DNA of 64,000 nucleotides from Bdellovibrionota bacterium (GTDB taxonomy: Bacteria; Bdellovibrionota_C; UBA2361; JBIKUX01). A program made the position numbers and the translations under genes. The stretch covers positions 1 through 64,000 of the forward strand of contig JBIKUX010000014.1 of NCBI GenBank assembly GCA_044347345.1. The letters are read 5' to 3'. This document shows positions 28,410-38,812 of the stretch, one piece after another; position 1 is the stretch's first letter, and every line of letters begins with the position of its first letter. The notes below the pieces were generated by a model. It made no database searches and was not told the origin of the DNA. It was given only the letters and a program-made list of their open reading frames with translations.

Positions 28410-29420
28410 ATGATCGATAAAAATGACAATGCTCATGCACTAACGCAAGAAATAGAGGCCTTTCGAGATAGATTTAATAAAATAGAGCGCGAACTGGCTA
28501 AAGTTATTGTAGGCAATAACATGATAGTTAGGTCAACTCTTGGATCTATATTTGCCGGAGGTCACGTTTTACTTGAAGGGGTACCAGGATTAGGCAAAAC
28601 TCTTCTTATAAAATCTATTGCTAGAGTATTAGGACTATCTTTTAAACGAATCCAATTCACTCCAGATTTAATGCCCTCAGATATCACAGGTACTCAAGTG
28701 CTTGGTAAAGACGAGACAGGTGAGAGAAGCTTTATTTTTAAACCAGGACCACTCTTTGCAAATATTATCCTCGCTGATGAAATAAATCGAGCTACTCCAA
28801 AAACCCAATCAGCTCTTCTAGAGGCAATGGAAGAGCGACAAGTCACAGTCTTAGATAAAACATACAAACTTCCATCTCCTTTCTTTGTACTAGCAACCCA
28901 GAATCCCGTGGATCTAGAGGGAACTTATCCTCTTCCTGAGGCTCAACTTGATCGTTTTCTATTTAAAGTTCTTGTAACCTCTCCTACTCCTGAAGAATTA
29001 AAAGAAATATTAATAAGAACAACCGGAGCAACTATTCCAGAAGTTCGCAGTGTCTTTTCATCAGAGGAGAGTGCTGAGGTGGTAAACAACATGAAAAACT
29101 TAGTGCGAAAAGTTTTTATTCCAGAGCCTCTTCAAGAAGTGCTCATTCGTATGATCGGTGCTTTAACACCCGGAACAAAGTTTGCGACAAACAAAGTAAA
29201 GCAATATCTTCGATTTGGCCCTGGTCCAAGAGGAGCTCAAGCTGTAATTATGGCCGCTAAATTTTTAGCTATCCTAGACGGTCGTATAAACGTATCATTT
29301 GACGATATGCGAGTAGTTTTGCCTCCAGCCCTCAGACATAGACTAATACTTAATTTTCATGCAGAGGCTGAGGGAATAACATCTGATGCTATAATTGCTG
29401 AAGTAGCTAATGCGAAGTAA
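28410..29420 (+). CDS. MoxR-family AAA+ ATPase
   Basis: HVLLEGVPGLGKT, RIQFTPDLMPSD, LADEINRA, ATQNP, YPLPEAQLDRF. Confidence 0.97.
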   Translation: MIDKNDNAHALTQEIEAFRDRFNKIERELAKVIVGNNMIVRSTLGSIFAGGHVLLEGVPGLGKTLLIKSIARVLGLSFKRIQFTPDLMPSDITGTQVLGKDETGERSFIFKPGPLFANIILADEINRATPKTQSALLEAMEERQVTVLDKTYKLPSPFFVLATQNPVDLEGTYPLPEAQLDRFLFKVLVTSPTPEELKEILIRTTGATIPEVRSVFSSEESAEVVNNMKNLVRKVFIPEPLQEVLIRMIGALTPGTKFATNKVKQYLRFGPGPRGAQAVIMAAKFLAILDGRINVSFDDMRVVLPPALRHRLILNFHAEAEGITSDAIIAEVANAK

Positions 29421-29425
29421 ACGCA

Positions 29426-30316
29426 ATGCCTTTAAATGCTTTAGACCCCGCGACGCTTCGAAAGCTTGATGCATTAACGCTTCAAACCAACCGCTCCCTT
29501 CGTGGATTCAGAATAGGAAATCATCGTTCATTAAGTCGTGGACAAGGTATTGAGTTCGCTGACTATCGTAATTACATCTCTGGCGACAATCCGAGAAACA
29601 TAGATTGGGGAGTCTATGGTCGCACTGAAAAACTTTATGTGCGTACTTACACTGAAGAGCAAAATTTATCTGTACTTATTTATCTTGATAGCAGTAACTC
29701 AATGCGCTGTACAAAAAACTCCGACAAATGGCACTGGGCTACAAATATTTTTGCAGCTCTTGCTTATATAGGCATCCGAGACAGAGAAAGAGTGCTGTTA
29801 AGTAGTGGAATATTTAATACTCCGGTCTCTATCAGCAATCTTCCAGAGCTACGCTCAATCGCCGAGCAGGCAATTGATGCTCCTAAGTATGCGACAGGCG
29901 TTAAACTCCTCCCCGAGGTTGACCTTGAAATCTTAACTAATACTCTTAGTAAGCTTAAAACACCGGGAATAGGAATAATTCTTTCTGATTTTCTAATGCC
30001 TCTTACAGATATACAACAAATTATTCTTCGATTTGTTTCACACAATTTTAATATAATTGCTGTTCAAATTATCTCGCATCAAGACCTTGCTCCCTTTGGT
30101 AATACAAGTCATGGCACTGCATTAGATAGTGAAACCGGAGAAGAGTTGATAGTTTCAGTAGACCCGAACAAATATCTTGAGCAACTTAACCAGCACTACA
30201 GTCAAGTATCTCTACTTCTACAAAAAAGCGGTGCTAAGTTCATAAGATCCAAACCCAAAGAGGATCTTTTTGAATTTTTGAGCCGAAATATTCGCACAAG
30301 TGGCATATTACGCTAA
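29426..30316 (+). CDS. DUF58 / vWA-like protein
   Basis: GQGIEFADYRNYISGDNPRNIDW, YLDSSNSM, ILSDF. Confidence 0.93.
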   Translation: MPLNALDPATLRKLDALTLQTNRSLRGFRIGNHRSLSRGQGIEFADYRNYISGDNPRNIDWGVYGRTEKLYVRTYTEEQNLSVLIYLDSSNSMRCTKNSDKWHWATNIFAALAYIGIRDRERVLLSSGIFNTPVSISNLPELRSIAEQAIDAPKYATGVKLLPEVDLEILTNTLSKLKTPGIGIILSDFLMPLTDIQQIILRFVSHNFNIIAVQIISHQDLAPFGNTSHGTALDSETGEELIVSVDPNKYLEQLNQHYSQVSLLLQKSGAKFIRSKPKEDLFEFLSRNIRTSGILR

Positions 30317-30320
30317 GTTC

Positions 30321-32159
30321 ATGAACCAATTATTGTCTCTGTCATTTATAAGTCCAATTGCACTAATAGCTATTCCGATAGGATTAGCAGGGCTATTACT
30401 CATCTACAAAAAACATCAAAAAAATCCTGCTGTAGTCGTACCTTCTTTAATAATACTTCGCTCATTCACTACAACAATTTCTCCTCATAAAAAAAAATAC
30501 ATCCCACTTAGATTATTATTTGACCTATTTCTAATAATTCTGGCTGCCTTTGGTTTAGCTGGCCTCTATCAGAAACCTACTGGTGATATTGAAACCATAA
30601 TAATAGATAACTCACTCAGCATGGGTTATTCATCTGATTCAGCCGAATCATTACTACAAGGCGCTAAAGATGCTGCGATCAAATACGCTAATAAACTTTC
30701 ATCCGATACGAGACTTAAAATATTTGAAACCTGCCCTTCACTCCGTCTTATTAACGAAACTCCACTACAACCAAAGAAGGTTCAAGGAATTATAAAAAAT
30801 ATCTCTTTATGCTATGGCAAAGATGGAATAAATAATGCGTTATTGACTCTACCCTCCTACGGTAAAATAAAAATATTTACTGATCATCCTCCAGATTTGG
30901 GTGATAGCTTTACTGTTGATTCTCAAATAAGCTCCACAGTAATAAAATCTTATCCTGAAGCAGAAAATATTGGATTTACGTCGTTTGAAAAAACATCTGA
31001 TGGTGGTGCCTTAGCTACTATATCGAATAATTTTTCCACCAGCGTCCAAGCTAGGGTGCAAATAACCTCCTCTTATACAACTCCATCAGATACAAATTTA
31101 ACTATTCCGACTTGGCGAGATCTAATTTCAATTCCAGTAACCTTAACTCCTAAAAAGCCTTTATCGCTCCCCATATCCTCAGAAATTTTCAAACCCGATT
31201 CAATAATTAAAATTACGATTAATAACGGTGTTGATGGTCTAAGCTACGACAATACAATTTATGTAACCCAAGTTACAAATGAAAAGCTTATAAAAGTAAT
31301 TTCACCCCTACCACACAAATCATTAAGTCTACCTAATTTTAAGAATCTAAGTTTTTCTCAACCAAATACTCTTAAAAATCAAACTACCAGTGGCTTGATA
31401 TATCACCGCACTAATCCAGCACAAGCTCTCTCTCTTCCTCATATTATTATCATGCCTCCAAAAGATAGTTCATTAATAACTTCTGACAATGATTCTGTAG
31501 GAATAATTTCAACATGGAATGAACGGCATGAAATCACCAGATATATAGATCCTGGAAGCATTAAATTCTCAAACTACCGCACTTTAGCAGCACATTTATC
31601 TCTTGATAGAGTTTTTGCAGGGCCGCGTGGCCCATTGCTGCTTGCTGGCGAGGAAAATGGAGTAAGAAAAGCTATTGTTGGATTTGAGCTTCTTCCATTT
31701 GAAGGACAATCATCACTTTCAGCTAGCATACTTTTCTTAAATATAGCCTCTTGGGTTTTTAATGTTAATCTCAATCAATCTGAATCGGTAAACAATAAAG
31801 GATTGACTATACAACATCTCACAGCTCTAGAGAGCTCAGTGAAGAATGCTGAATCACTTGCCCTTTCACAAGTAAAAGCAGATCAAGCGATAAACATTCC
31901 CGGATTATACCGAGTAACAATGAATGATGATTATTCACAAATAATAGCAGTAAATAATTTCTTACCTGAAGAAACAATAGATAGACCAGCAACACTTTCA
32001 TTTCCGAAAAGAATCGGCGGTCGAAGCCAAGAGGAAATACCGCCAAAACCTTTGATTAACCAAATAACAATGATACTCGGATTTTTATTGCTAATTGAGA
32101 CTCTTTTCAGAGCATTCAGCATATTTAAAAATTCCTATCGTAGTAAACGTACCGCATGA
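30321..32159 (+). CDS. BatA-like vWA-domain membrane protein
   Basis: N-terminal BatA-type double TM (FISPIAL..VPSL), IIIDNSLSM MIDAS, C-terminal TM. Confidence 0.8.
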   Translation: MNQLLSLSFISPIALIAIPIGLAGLLLIYKKHQKNPAVVVPSLIILRSFTTTISPHKKKYIPLRLLFDLFLIILAAFGLAGLYQKPTGDIETIIIDNSLSMGYSSDSAESLLQGAKDAAIKYANKLSSDTRLKIFETCPSLRLINETPLQPKKVQGIIKNISLCYGKDGINNALLTLPSYGKIKIFTDHPPDLGDSFTVDSQISSTVIKSYPEAENIGFTSFEKTSDGGALATISNNFSTSVQARVQITSSYTTPSDTNLTIPTWRDLISIPVTLTPKKPLSLPISSEIFKPDSIIKITINNGVDGLSYDNTIYVTQVTNEKLIKVISPLPHKSLSLPNFKNLSFSQPNTLKNQTTSGLIYHRTNPAQALSLPHIIIMPPKDSSLITSDNDSVGIISTWNERHEITRYIDPGSIKFSNYRTLAAHLSLDRVFAGPRGPLLLAGEENGVRKAIVGFELLPFEGQSSLSASILFLNIASWVFNVNLNQSESVNNKGLTIQHLTALESSVKNAESLALSQVKADQAINIPGLYRVTMNDDYSQIIAVNNFLPEETIDRPATLSFPKRIGGRSQEEIPPKPLINQITMILGFLLLIETLFRAFSIFKNSYRSKRTA

Positions 32160-34720
32160 TACCAAACTTTAATTTTAATATTTTTGCAGGTGATTTTTCA
32201 TTTTCTCATCCGACAGCTCTGGCGGTAGGAATAGCAATAACACTTATTATTTTCTTATGTAGTTTTTCAAACACAATAAGACGTTTGGTTGGACTTTCGC
32301 GCTCAGTCATGATTATCAGAGCAATTCTTATTGCTATTTTAAGTCTGATAATCGCACACCCTATCACAACTAATAAAACACAGATAAAAACCCTTATTGC
32401 TGCGGTAGATATGAGCCGCAGTATGGATGTTACTGTAAGACAAAAACTCTTATCTAAATTAAATAAATTTAAAGAAAGCGACACAGTAATTAAAATTATT
32501 CCTTTTGGTCGTAACGTTGGAAAATCCATTAAATTGGAGGGCAATGAATTTAATAACGGAGATTTTTTTATCCCACCGGATCAAGTTGTCTCTGATGCTA
32601 CAGACCTCACAAAAGTTCTAACAACTATAAATCAAGAAGAAGCATCAGCAGCATTTCTTTTATCAGACGGCTTTGCTACTGAAGGCAATCTGAACCAACT
32701 TCTTTCTTCTGCTCAAGAACTTTCAATACCACTCCATATAATTACTGATGACACCAATGAACCAGCGCCTTCTTTATCTATCTCTCAATTTTCAGTACCT
32801 CTAACAGCATTGCCAGGTGAGGCAGTACCGCTACGAGTAAGTGTGATGAATTCATTTGCTGAAGAAAAAATTGGTAGATTGATAATTAAACAATCAGATC
32901 AGGAGTTATTTAATCAGACAATTACAATAAAAGGTGGAGAAGAGCCTGTATACGCTCAATTAAGTCAATCATCCCAAGAAGGGTTACAGGAAATTGTAGC
33001 GACTTTTACCCCTAACGATAAAAACCTGCCTCCAACAACTAGACGGGCTTTTTTAGCAGCTCAAAAAAGACCAAAAGTACTTCTTTTAAGTGGTTCTTCT
33101 GAAGACGAGTCACTGATTAAGAGCGTACTCACAGAACTTGGTCACGAGCTTTCGCTAACATTCTCAAACAAAGACAGCCTCACCGTAGAAAACTACCGCG
33201 GAGTTATTTTAAATAATATCTCTCATCAAAATCTGCCCCTTGGTATTACAAAATATTTAGATAATTATGTTCGCTCAGGAGGAGGACTTTTAGTAATCGG
33301 AGGAAACCGAAGTTATGGAATCGGAGGATACACCAATACTACTATCGGACGGCTTTTTCCAGTTGAATCAATTCCCCCAAAAGCTGAACAAAAAAGGATC
33401 AATATAGCTCTTTCTCTTATACTTGATAAGTCACGAAGTATGGCTTCAGATGATCGCTTAATTTATGCAAGAGAGGCAGCTAAAGAAGTGATAAATCATC
33501 TAAAAGATGAGGATTATATAGGAGTAATTGGATTTGACTCTACCCCTTTTGTTGTTGTCCGAATGGGTCAATTATTATCTACTCGACAACAAGCTCTTCA
33601 AAGAATAGAGCGACTATTTCCGGCAGGACGCACTAATCTACTACCCGCTTTAGATGAAGCACGTCGAACTCTAGAGAATACTCCTGCTGGTAGAAAGCAT
33701 ATAATCGTACTCACAGATGGCCGTTTACCAGACGGTGGTGCGTACTACATTGATATAGTACGCGATATGCGAACAAGCGGAATAACGGTTAGTACTGTTC
33801 TATTAGGAGGAGATCTTAACGATGGAACGCTTGAAGGAATGGCACAAATTGGTGGCGGAAACTTTTATCAAACTGATTCTGCTAGGTCACTACCTCGAAT
33901 ATTCCTCCAAGATGTAATGGTTTCTGGAGCGGATCGTACAATGGAAGAAGAATCTGAATTTTTCGTTAAAAGAGGCTCAGGTTCTCTGTCTTCGACATCA
34001 TTAACTTCCTTTCCACCGCTCCGCGGTTTTGTTCATACTGAACCAAAACCTAACGCAAATATTGAACTTGTGCTTCAAACTCAAAAAGGTGATGAACCAC
34101 TCCTTGCTAGTTGGAAGATCGATAAAGGAAAAGTAGTGGCTTTTACATCAGATGCAAACAGCCGGTGGAGTAACTTCTGGGCAAAATGGCCAAAATTTTC
34201 AATTTTTTGGGGTGAAATTCTTTCCTCTATCTTACCTAAGGAGTCCTCTGAGCAAATATCTTTTGGACTACGCCACTTTGTTGAGTTAGGAACACTAATA
34301 ATCGAACCAACCATATACAAAGAAGGTATAAGTAATCTCACAGCATCAGTAGTATCTCCTCAAGGTACTAAATCATCTCTTACCTTTACTTCTGAAACTC
34401 CGGGTTTATTCCGCGGACAAATTCAAAATCCTGAGGCAGGAGCTTATAAAATTACCCTTTCTGCTAACGGTACCCCACTTCCTGAAATTGCGATTGTTTT
34501 GGATGGCAACAATATTGGTGAACAACCGTGGCGAGGCTTTAACAATTCTCTTCTCTCGCAACTTGCTACTGCCAGTCGCGGATCTATCAATCCATCACCA
34601 AATATTTTACCTAAATCTGGGCGAACAATTGAAAAAATAACCTCTCTAACATCTCCGTTATTTGCTCTTTTTATTGTCACCTTACTTCTTGAGGCTCTCA
34701 TACGCATTCGTCAACAATAA
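32156..34720 (+). CDS. Double-vWA + glutamine-amidotransferase-like membrane protein
   Basis: AVDMSRSM..LSDG and ILDKSRSM..LTDG MIDAS motifs, YVRSGGGLLVIGG, GKVVAFTSD, C-terminal LLLEALIR TM. Confidence 0.87.
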   Translation: MIPNFNFNIFAGDFSFSHPTALAVGIAITLIIFLCSFSNTIRRLVGLSRSVMIIRAILIAILSLIIAHPITTNKTQIKTLIAAVDMSRSMDVTVRQKLLSKLNKFKESDTVIKIIPFGRNVGKSIKLEGNEFNNGDFFIPPDQVVSDATDLTKVLTTINQEEASAAFLLSDGFATEGNLNQLLSSAQELSIPLHIITDDTNEPAPSLSISQFSVPLTALPGEAVPLRVSVMNSFAEEKIGRLIIKQSDQELFNQTITIKGGEEPVYAQLSQSSQEGLQEIVATFTPNDKNLPPTTRRAFLAAQKRPKVLLLSGSSEDESLIKSVLTELGHELSLTFSNKDSLTVENYRGVILNNISHQNLPLGITKYLDNYVRSGGGLLVIGGNRSYGIGGYTNTTIGRLFPVESIPPKAEQKRINIALSLILDKSRSMASDDRLIYAREAAKEVINHLKDEDYIGVIGFDSTPFVVVRMGQLLSTRQQALQRIERLFPAGRTNLLPALDEARRTLENTPAGRKHIIVLTDGRLPDGGAYYIDIVRDMRTSGITVSTVLLGGDLNDGTLEGMAQIGGGNFYQTDSARSLPRIFLQDVMVSGADRTMEEESEFFVKRGSGSLSSTSLTSFPPLRGFVHTEPKPNANIELVLQTQKGDEPLLASWKIDKGKVVAFTSDANSRWSNFWAKWPKFSIFWGEILSSILPKESSEQISFGLRHFVELGTLIIEPTIYKEGISNLTASVVSPQGTKSSLTFTSETPGLFRGQIQNPEAGAYKITLSANGTPLPEIAIVLDGNNIGEQPWRGFNNSLLSQLATASRGSINPSPNILPKSGRTIEKITSLTSPLFALFIVTLLLEALIRIRQQ

Positions 34721-34935
34721 CTACAGACATTTATTTTTAAGATAAATTTAAATATAAAATTTACTTTGTCTTAGATGTAGTTTCACACTATTTCTAGATA
34801 TCAGCTCCAGTTCTATCAGCAATGGATGCTTCAAAAGTTTTTTCTATAAAGAAAACTTAGAGGTCTTTCTTTTAACGACTTGTGCCTTTAAAGGAGATAT
34901 TATGCCAGTATTTCCATTTATTTGAGTAAATAGTA

Positions 34936-35430
34936 ATGCAAATTTTATCTCGTAAATTTTGGTTGCTTAAAACTGAACCATATTCATACTCGATTCATGA
35001 TTTTGCTCGTGAAGGAATTACCTGTTGGGAAGGTGTAAGAAATTATCAAGCACGCAATTTTCTAAAAACCATGAAATGTGGTGATATTGCTTTTATTTAC
35101 CACTCTTCTACTTCTATTCCAGGAATAGTAGGAGTAGGTTATGTCAGCTCGGAGGCAATTCCCGATCCAACACAGTTCAAACCTGAAAGTCCATTTTACG
35201 ATAAAAAAGCAAGAATAGAGGCTCCTCGTTGGTGGGCTCCCCAGATTAAATTTATTGGAAATTCATCGGACGTAATTACTAGAAAGATGCTTTCTCTTTC
35301 AGCTCAAACTTCGTCAATGCGAGTCCTTCAAAAAGGAAATCGACTTAGTGTTTTACCACTCGAAAATTCTGAAGGTGCGTTTATTTTAAGTAACTGGTTT
35401 GAAAAATCTATTTTAGAAAAAATAAGCTAG
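34936..35430 (+). CDS. EVE-domain protein
   Basis: WLLKTEP, WEGVRNYQARNF, FIYHS, RLSVLP. Confidence 0.93.
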   Translation: MQILSRKFWLLKTEPYSYSIHDFAREGITCWEGVRNYQARNFLKTMKCGDIAFIYHSSTSIPGIVGVGYVSSEAIPDPTQFKPESPFYDKKARIEAPRWWAPQIKFIGNSSDVITRKMLSLSAQTSSMRVLQKGNRLSVLPLENSEGAFILSNWFEKSILEKIS

Positions 35431-35436
35431 TAACGA

Positions 35437-35961
35437 TTACAACACTACTGCTTCTAACGGATACAAAAAACCACCTATTAATTGCTCTAATAATTTCCAA
35501 TTAAAATTTGCTCCTGGATCTATCTTGCGCTCAGGAGCTATATCATTGTGCCCAAGTATATACTTTATTTTATTACGAGCCATAATATAGACAATTAGTC
35601 TTGAGAGTGCGCGGTACTGTATTTCAGGATATTCATAAGTAATGTCGCTACAATCACCACATAGCTCTATGCCAATACTAAAATCATTTACTCCGACTCG
35701 TCTATCATCAGGTAACGGAAGCATACTTTCACCAGCATGGCGAGCGCGAAATTTCTCATCGACACACCAAGCTATCTCACCTTGAGTGCCTATTAAATAA
35801 TGAATAGATACCTCTTGCTGCTCTAATAGCTTTGCACATTCAAAAATTGAATACCGTCTATTACAGGTAAACTCTGGATGATAAATAGAATGAATAACAA
35901 TGGTATCGATTACTACATTAGACGGTCGTTCACGATAAAAAGAAAGCGGAATTCTTATCAC
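35437..35961 (-). CDS. N-acetylmuramoyl-L-alanine amidase (Amidase_2, AmpD-like)
   Basis: IVIH, SIHYLI, ARHAGES, NDFSIGIEL, GHNDIAPERKIDPG. Confidence 0.93.
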   Translation of the reverse strand: MIRIPLSFYRERPSNVVIDTIVIHSIYHPEFTCNRRYSIFECAKLLEQQEVSIHYLIGTQGEIAWCVDEKFRARHAGESMLPLPDDRRVGVNDFSIGIELCGDCSDITYEYPEIQYRALSRLIVYIMARNKIKYILGHNDIAPERKIDPGANFNWKLLEQLIGGFLYPLEAVVL

Positions 35962-35995
35962 AGTAAAACCGTATTTAAATAACTAGCCTACTTAT

Positions 35996-37150
35996 TTATT
36001 TGTCGGCTGTACCTGGAACTGTACCTGGCACTTGGTTTGTATCTTTTTCTTTGGGTTTATCATTTATACTATCAGCCATTGCCCCAACTAGACCAAGTTG
36101 TTTTAGTAATTCATTAGTGTCAGTCTTGCGCACATCTAATCCTTGCGCCGAACCGTTTTGTTCAGAACCTTCTAATAGAATAAACTGACTTTTTTGCCGA
36201 GCAAGAGCTTGAGCAATCGCCAGCCTTACAATTTTATCAGCTCCGGACTGTCCTAAAGCATCAATTTGTGCCCTCAGTGCTTCAACTTTAGCGAGCTCCT
36301 CTGCCTTCTTCTGCTCAGCTTTGTTTTTCTTTTCAATCAAGTAAGATTCTCCACGAATCTTTGCTCGACGCAATTCCCCTTCAGCTTCGGCCAACAAACG
36401 ATTGTTCTCTCCTTCAACTCTTTGCAGTTCACCTCTTAACTGCTCTCGCAATGTTTCTTGCTTATTCTCAGCCAATCTTCTTTTTTCTTGAAGTTCTTGA
36501 GTCTCATTTATAGCCTCTTGGTAGCGGTCATCTGGCTTTTGATCTTCTCCACGATATCTTTCAAAAAGATGCCCCTGATAATCCAAAAGAGTAACATTTA
36601 TACCCTCGGTTGCTAAGCGAGCTTGCATTGAATTTCGAACTCTAGTCACGGCAGCTCTTCGTACCTCCGAGCGCGAATACTCCTCAGTAGAAAGCGTATT
36701 CATGTGGGTGCGAATATCGGCACGAGCTATAACCTCAACTAAGTTATCTATCTCCTGTTGAGTATCTCCGACGCGTTCAACAATATGACGAATTGCATCT
36801 GGTTTTGGATCTACTTGATACTGAACGGTTATACTTAAACTAACTTCGTTACCATCCTTTGTGCGAGTTTCAAGAAAATCTTCCGAAGGCTTTCCCTCTG
36901 TTCCCTGCCTTCGACCGAGTGTTAAAACACGCATCTTTGTATCAACACGAATCAACTCTTGCCACGGCCAAATAAATTCCTTCTCTGCTGGCGACAATAC
37001 TCTATTCATAACGCCACCACCCAAAAAGCGAGGAAGGCGATTAAATAAAACACCATACTCACCAGCTTCAAGAGTCTGGAATCCAACCTCACATCCAGTC
37101 ATTACAACTACAAATAAAACTAATGTTACATTTTTAAACATTTGTCTCAT
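35996..37150 (-). CDS. SPFH/Band 7 domain protein
   Basis: N-terminal anchor (possible lipobox MTGC), LEAGEYGV, TRTKDGNEVSLSITVQY, coiled-coil C-terminus. Confidence 0.85.
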   Translation of the reverse strand: MRQMFKNVTLVLFVVVMTGCEVGFQTLEAGEYGVLFNRLPRFLGGGVMNRVLSPAEKEFIWPWQELIRVDTKMRVLTLGRRQGTEGKPSEDFLETRTKDGNEVSLSITVQYQVDPKPDAIRHIVERVGDTQQEIDNLVEVIARADIRTHMNTLSTEEYSRSEVRRAAVTRVRNSMQARLATEGINVTLLDYQGHLFERYRGEDQKPDDRYQEAINETQELQEKRRLAENKQETLREQLRGELQRVEGENNRLLAEAEGELRRAKIRGESYLIEKKNKAEQKKAEELAKVEALRAQIDALGQSGADKIVRLAIAQALARQKSQFILLEGSEQNGSAQGLDVRKTDTNELLKQLGLVGAMADSINDKPKEKDTNQVPGTVPGTADK

Positions 37151-38325
37151 GGCTGCCTCTCGATTTTTGTATTCGATATGCCACTTAATCTTTGTAACCA
37201 GTTATCAACATCGTAAGGTGAGATACCAGAAACTACTCCGCCTTTGAGAGATTCAATCATAGGCAACGCCTCAAGAGCAGTAAGCATACGAGATCCTGAT
37301 TCATTTTGCAGAGCCTTAAGCTTTTCTTGATAGACGATAGCGTCTACAGAATTGACAAGAAAATCACCTTCAGCTCGCTTTTGCCCTTCAAATAGAGTTC
37401 CTTCAGAATGTAATACGGCAACCTTCGATGAAGCAGACTGACGACTATCTTCGATCTCTTGACGCAACTTAGCTTCAAGTTCAGTTGTGCCTTTTTCTAT
37501 TTCCAAAACATCAGCAAGAGCTCTTGCATATTTTCGCTTCTGAAGCTCCAAATTCTTTTCAAAAATGCGGTCATCAATCGCTTGAGGATATTGGTACCGC
37601 CTTACAAGCACAGCCCAAATCTCAATACCTTTTTTTGATAATTCCTCATTTAAGGCTGAAAAAGCACGAAAAGCAGCCTCTTCTCTAAGAGTAGGATCAT
37701 AAAACTCAGCCGTAGAAAGTAACCCTAGTGTATCTTTCATCACTCCTTGAGCAGATGTAGCAACGAAACGTAACTGCGCTTCAGGGACAAAACCCAAAGC
37801 GTTTACCAGAGCACTCGGACCTTCATGAGACCATTTTTTCTTTGAAGCTATTGGAACATTCTCGCTATCACGTTGCGATGTAGAACTAACGACCTGTTCG
37901 TTGTTAACCGCATCGGCAGATGAGTAGTAACGAAGTATAAGTGTAGCATCAACCTTCATTTTAGCACCCTCTCCAGTGGGAATCTCGAGAGAGGGTAGAT
38001 CTAAATCGCCGTTTAACGATTTTTCACTAAAATTTACCACTAATAGATCTTTCGGCAAAATGTGCACCACAGAGACAAAAGGTAACTGCCAGTGCAGACC
38101 AGGCGAAAGACCCTCAGGCTGAAAGCCCTCTTTAATTAGAAACGGTATACCAAAATAACTTTGACGTAAGCCAATTTCATCAGGCCTAACTACCTTGCCA
38201 AATAGAAAAAAGGGTAATCCACCAGCTAGCGTCACAAAGACAAATAAAACAAAAATAAAACTTAAAAAAGTTGTTAATTTCAAGCCATTATCTGACAAAT
38301 TTTCAGAAGAATTAGTTTGACTCAT
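37147..38325 (-). CDS. SPFH/Band 7 domain protein
   Basis: TM helix, VRPDEIGLRQ, LSPGLHWQLPFVSVVH, IPTGEG..VDATL, coiled coil. Confidence 0.85.
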   Translation of the reverse strand: MSQTNSSENLSDNGLKLTTFLSFIFVLFVFVTLAGGLPFFLFGKVVRPDEIGLRQSYFGIPFLIKEGFQPEGLSPGLHWQLPFVSVVHILPKDLLVVNFSEKSLNGDLDLPSLEIPTGEGAKMKVDATLILRYYSSADAVNNEQVVSSTSQRDSENVPIASKKKWSHEGPSALVNALGFVPEAQLRFVATSAQGVMKDTLGLLSTAEFYDPTLREEAAFRAFSALNEELSKKGIEIWAVLVRRYQYPQAIDDRIFEKNLELQKRKYARALADVLEIEKGTTELEAKLRQEIEDSRQSASSKVAVLHSEGTLFEGQKRAEGDFLVNSVDAIVYQEKLKALQNESGSRMLTALEALPMIESLKGGVVSGISPYDVDNWLQRLSGISNTKIERQP

Positions 38326-38726
38326 ACTACAATACCTCCGCGTATGCGGACAGGTTTTCCATCTGCCGCAACAGCTACCATTATTACTTCGGCACTAGTT
38401 ACATGCACAGTTTCAATAGTTTCCACACCTCGCATCGCTTCGACCTCTATAGCGATCGTAATAGAAGTATTACCGACTGTTTTGGTGGTAGTCAGGAAAC
38501 TAACTAAGTCACCCACAAAAACTGGAGCAATAAAATTTACTTCTCGCATCACCTTTGTCACATACCTAAGGGGAGCAACTCGTCGAGCCTGTTGGAGCGC
38601 GGCAAGGTCTATTAAGCTTAAAATATGTCCACCAAATATATGGCCAAACTGATTTGTATCTCTAGGCATCATTGCCTCACGAATGGCTACAAACCATTCT
38701 TTTCCATCTCTCTGAACAGTTGCCAT
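38322..38726 (-). CDS. Hotdog-fold acyl-CoA thioesterase (YciA-like)
   Basis: MPRDTNQFGHIFGGHILSLIDLAA, FIAPVFVGD, VGNTSI. Confidence 0.94.
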   Translation of the reverse strand: MATVQRDGKEWFVAIREAMMPRDTNQFGHIFGGHILSLIDLAALQQARRVAPLRYVTKVMREVNFIAPVFVGDLVSFLTTTKTVGNTSITIAIEVEAMRGVETIETVHVTSAEVIMVAVAADGKPVRIRGGIVV

Positions 38727-38812
38727 ATAAAACTATCTCCCTCCAACGAAGGTATCTATAAAGTCACGGTAGTATCTAGTCTCAAAACCTCTAATCTGAA
38801 GCGTAATCCACA

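Noticed and set aside
34936-35430. EVE domain as part of a modification-dependent restriction system
   Set aside because: It is a stand-alone common EVE protein with no fused or adjacent nuclease.
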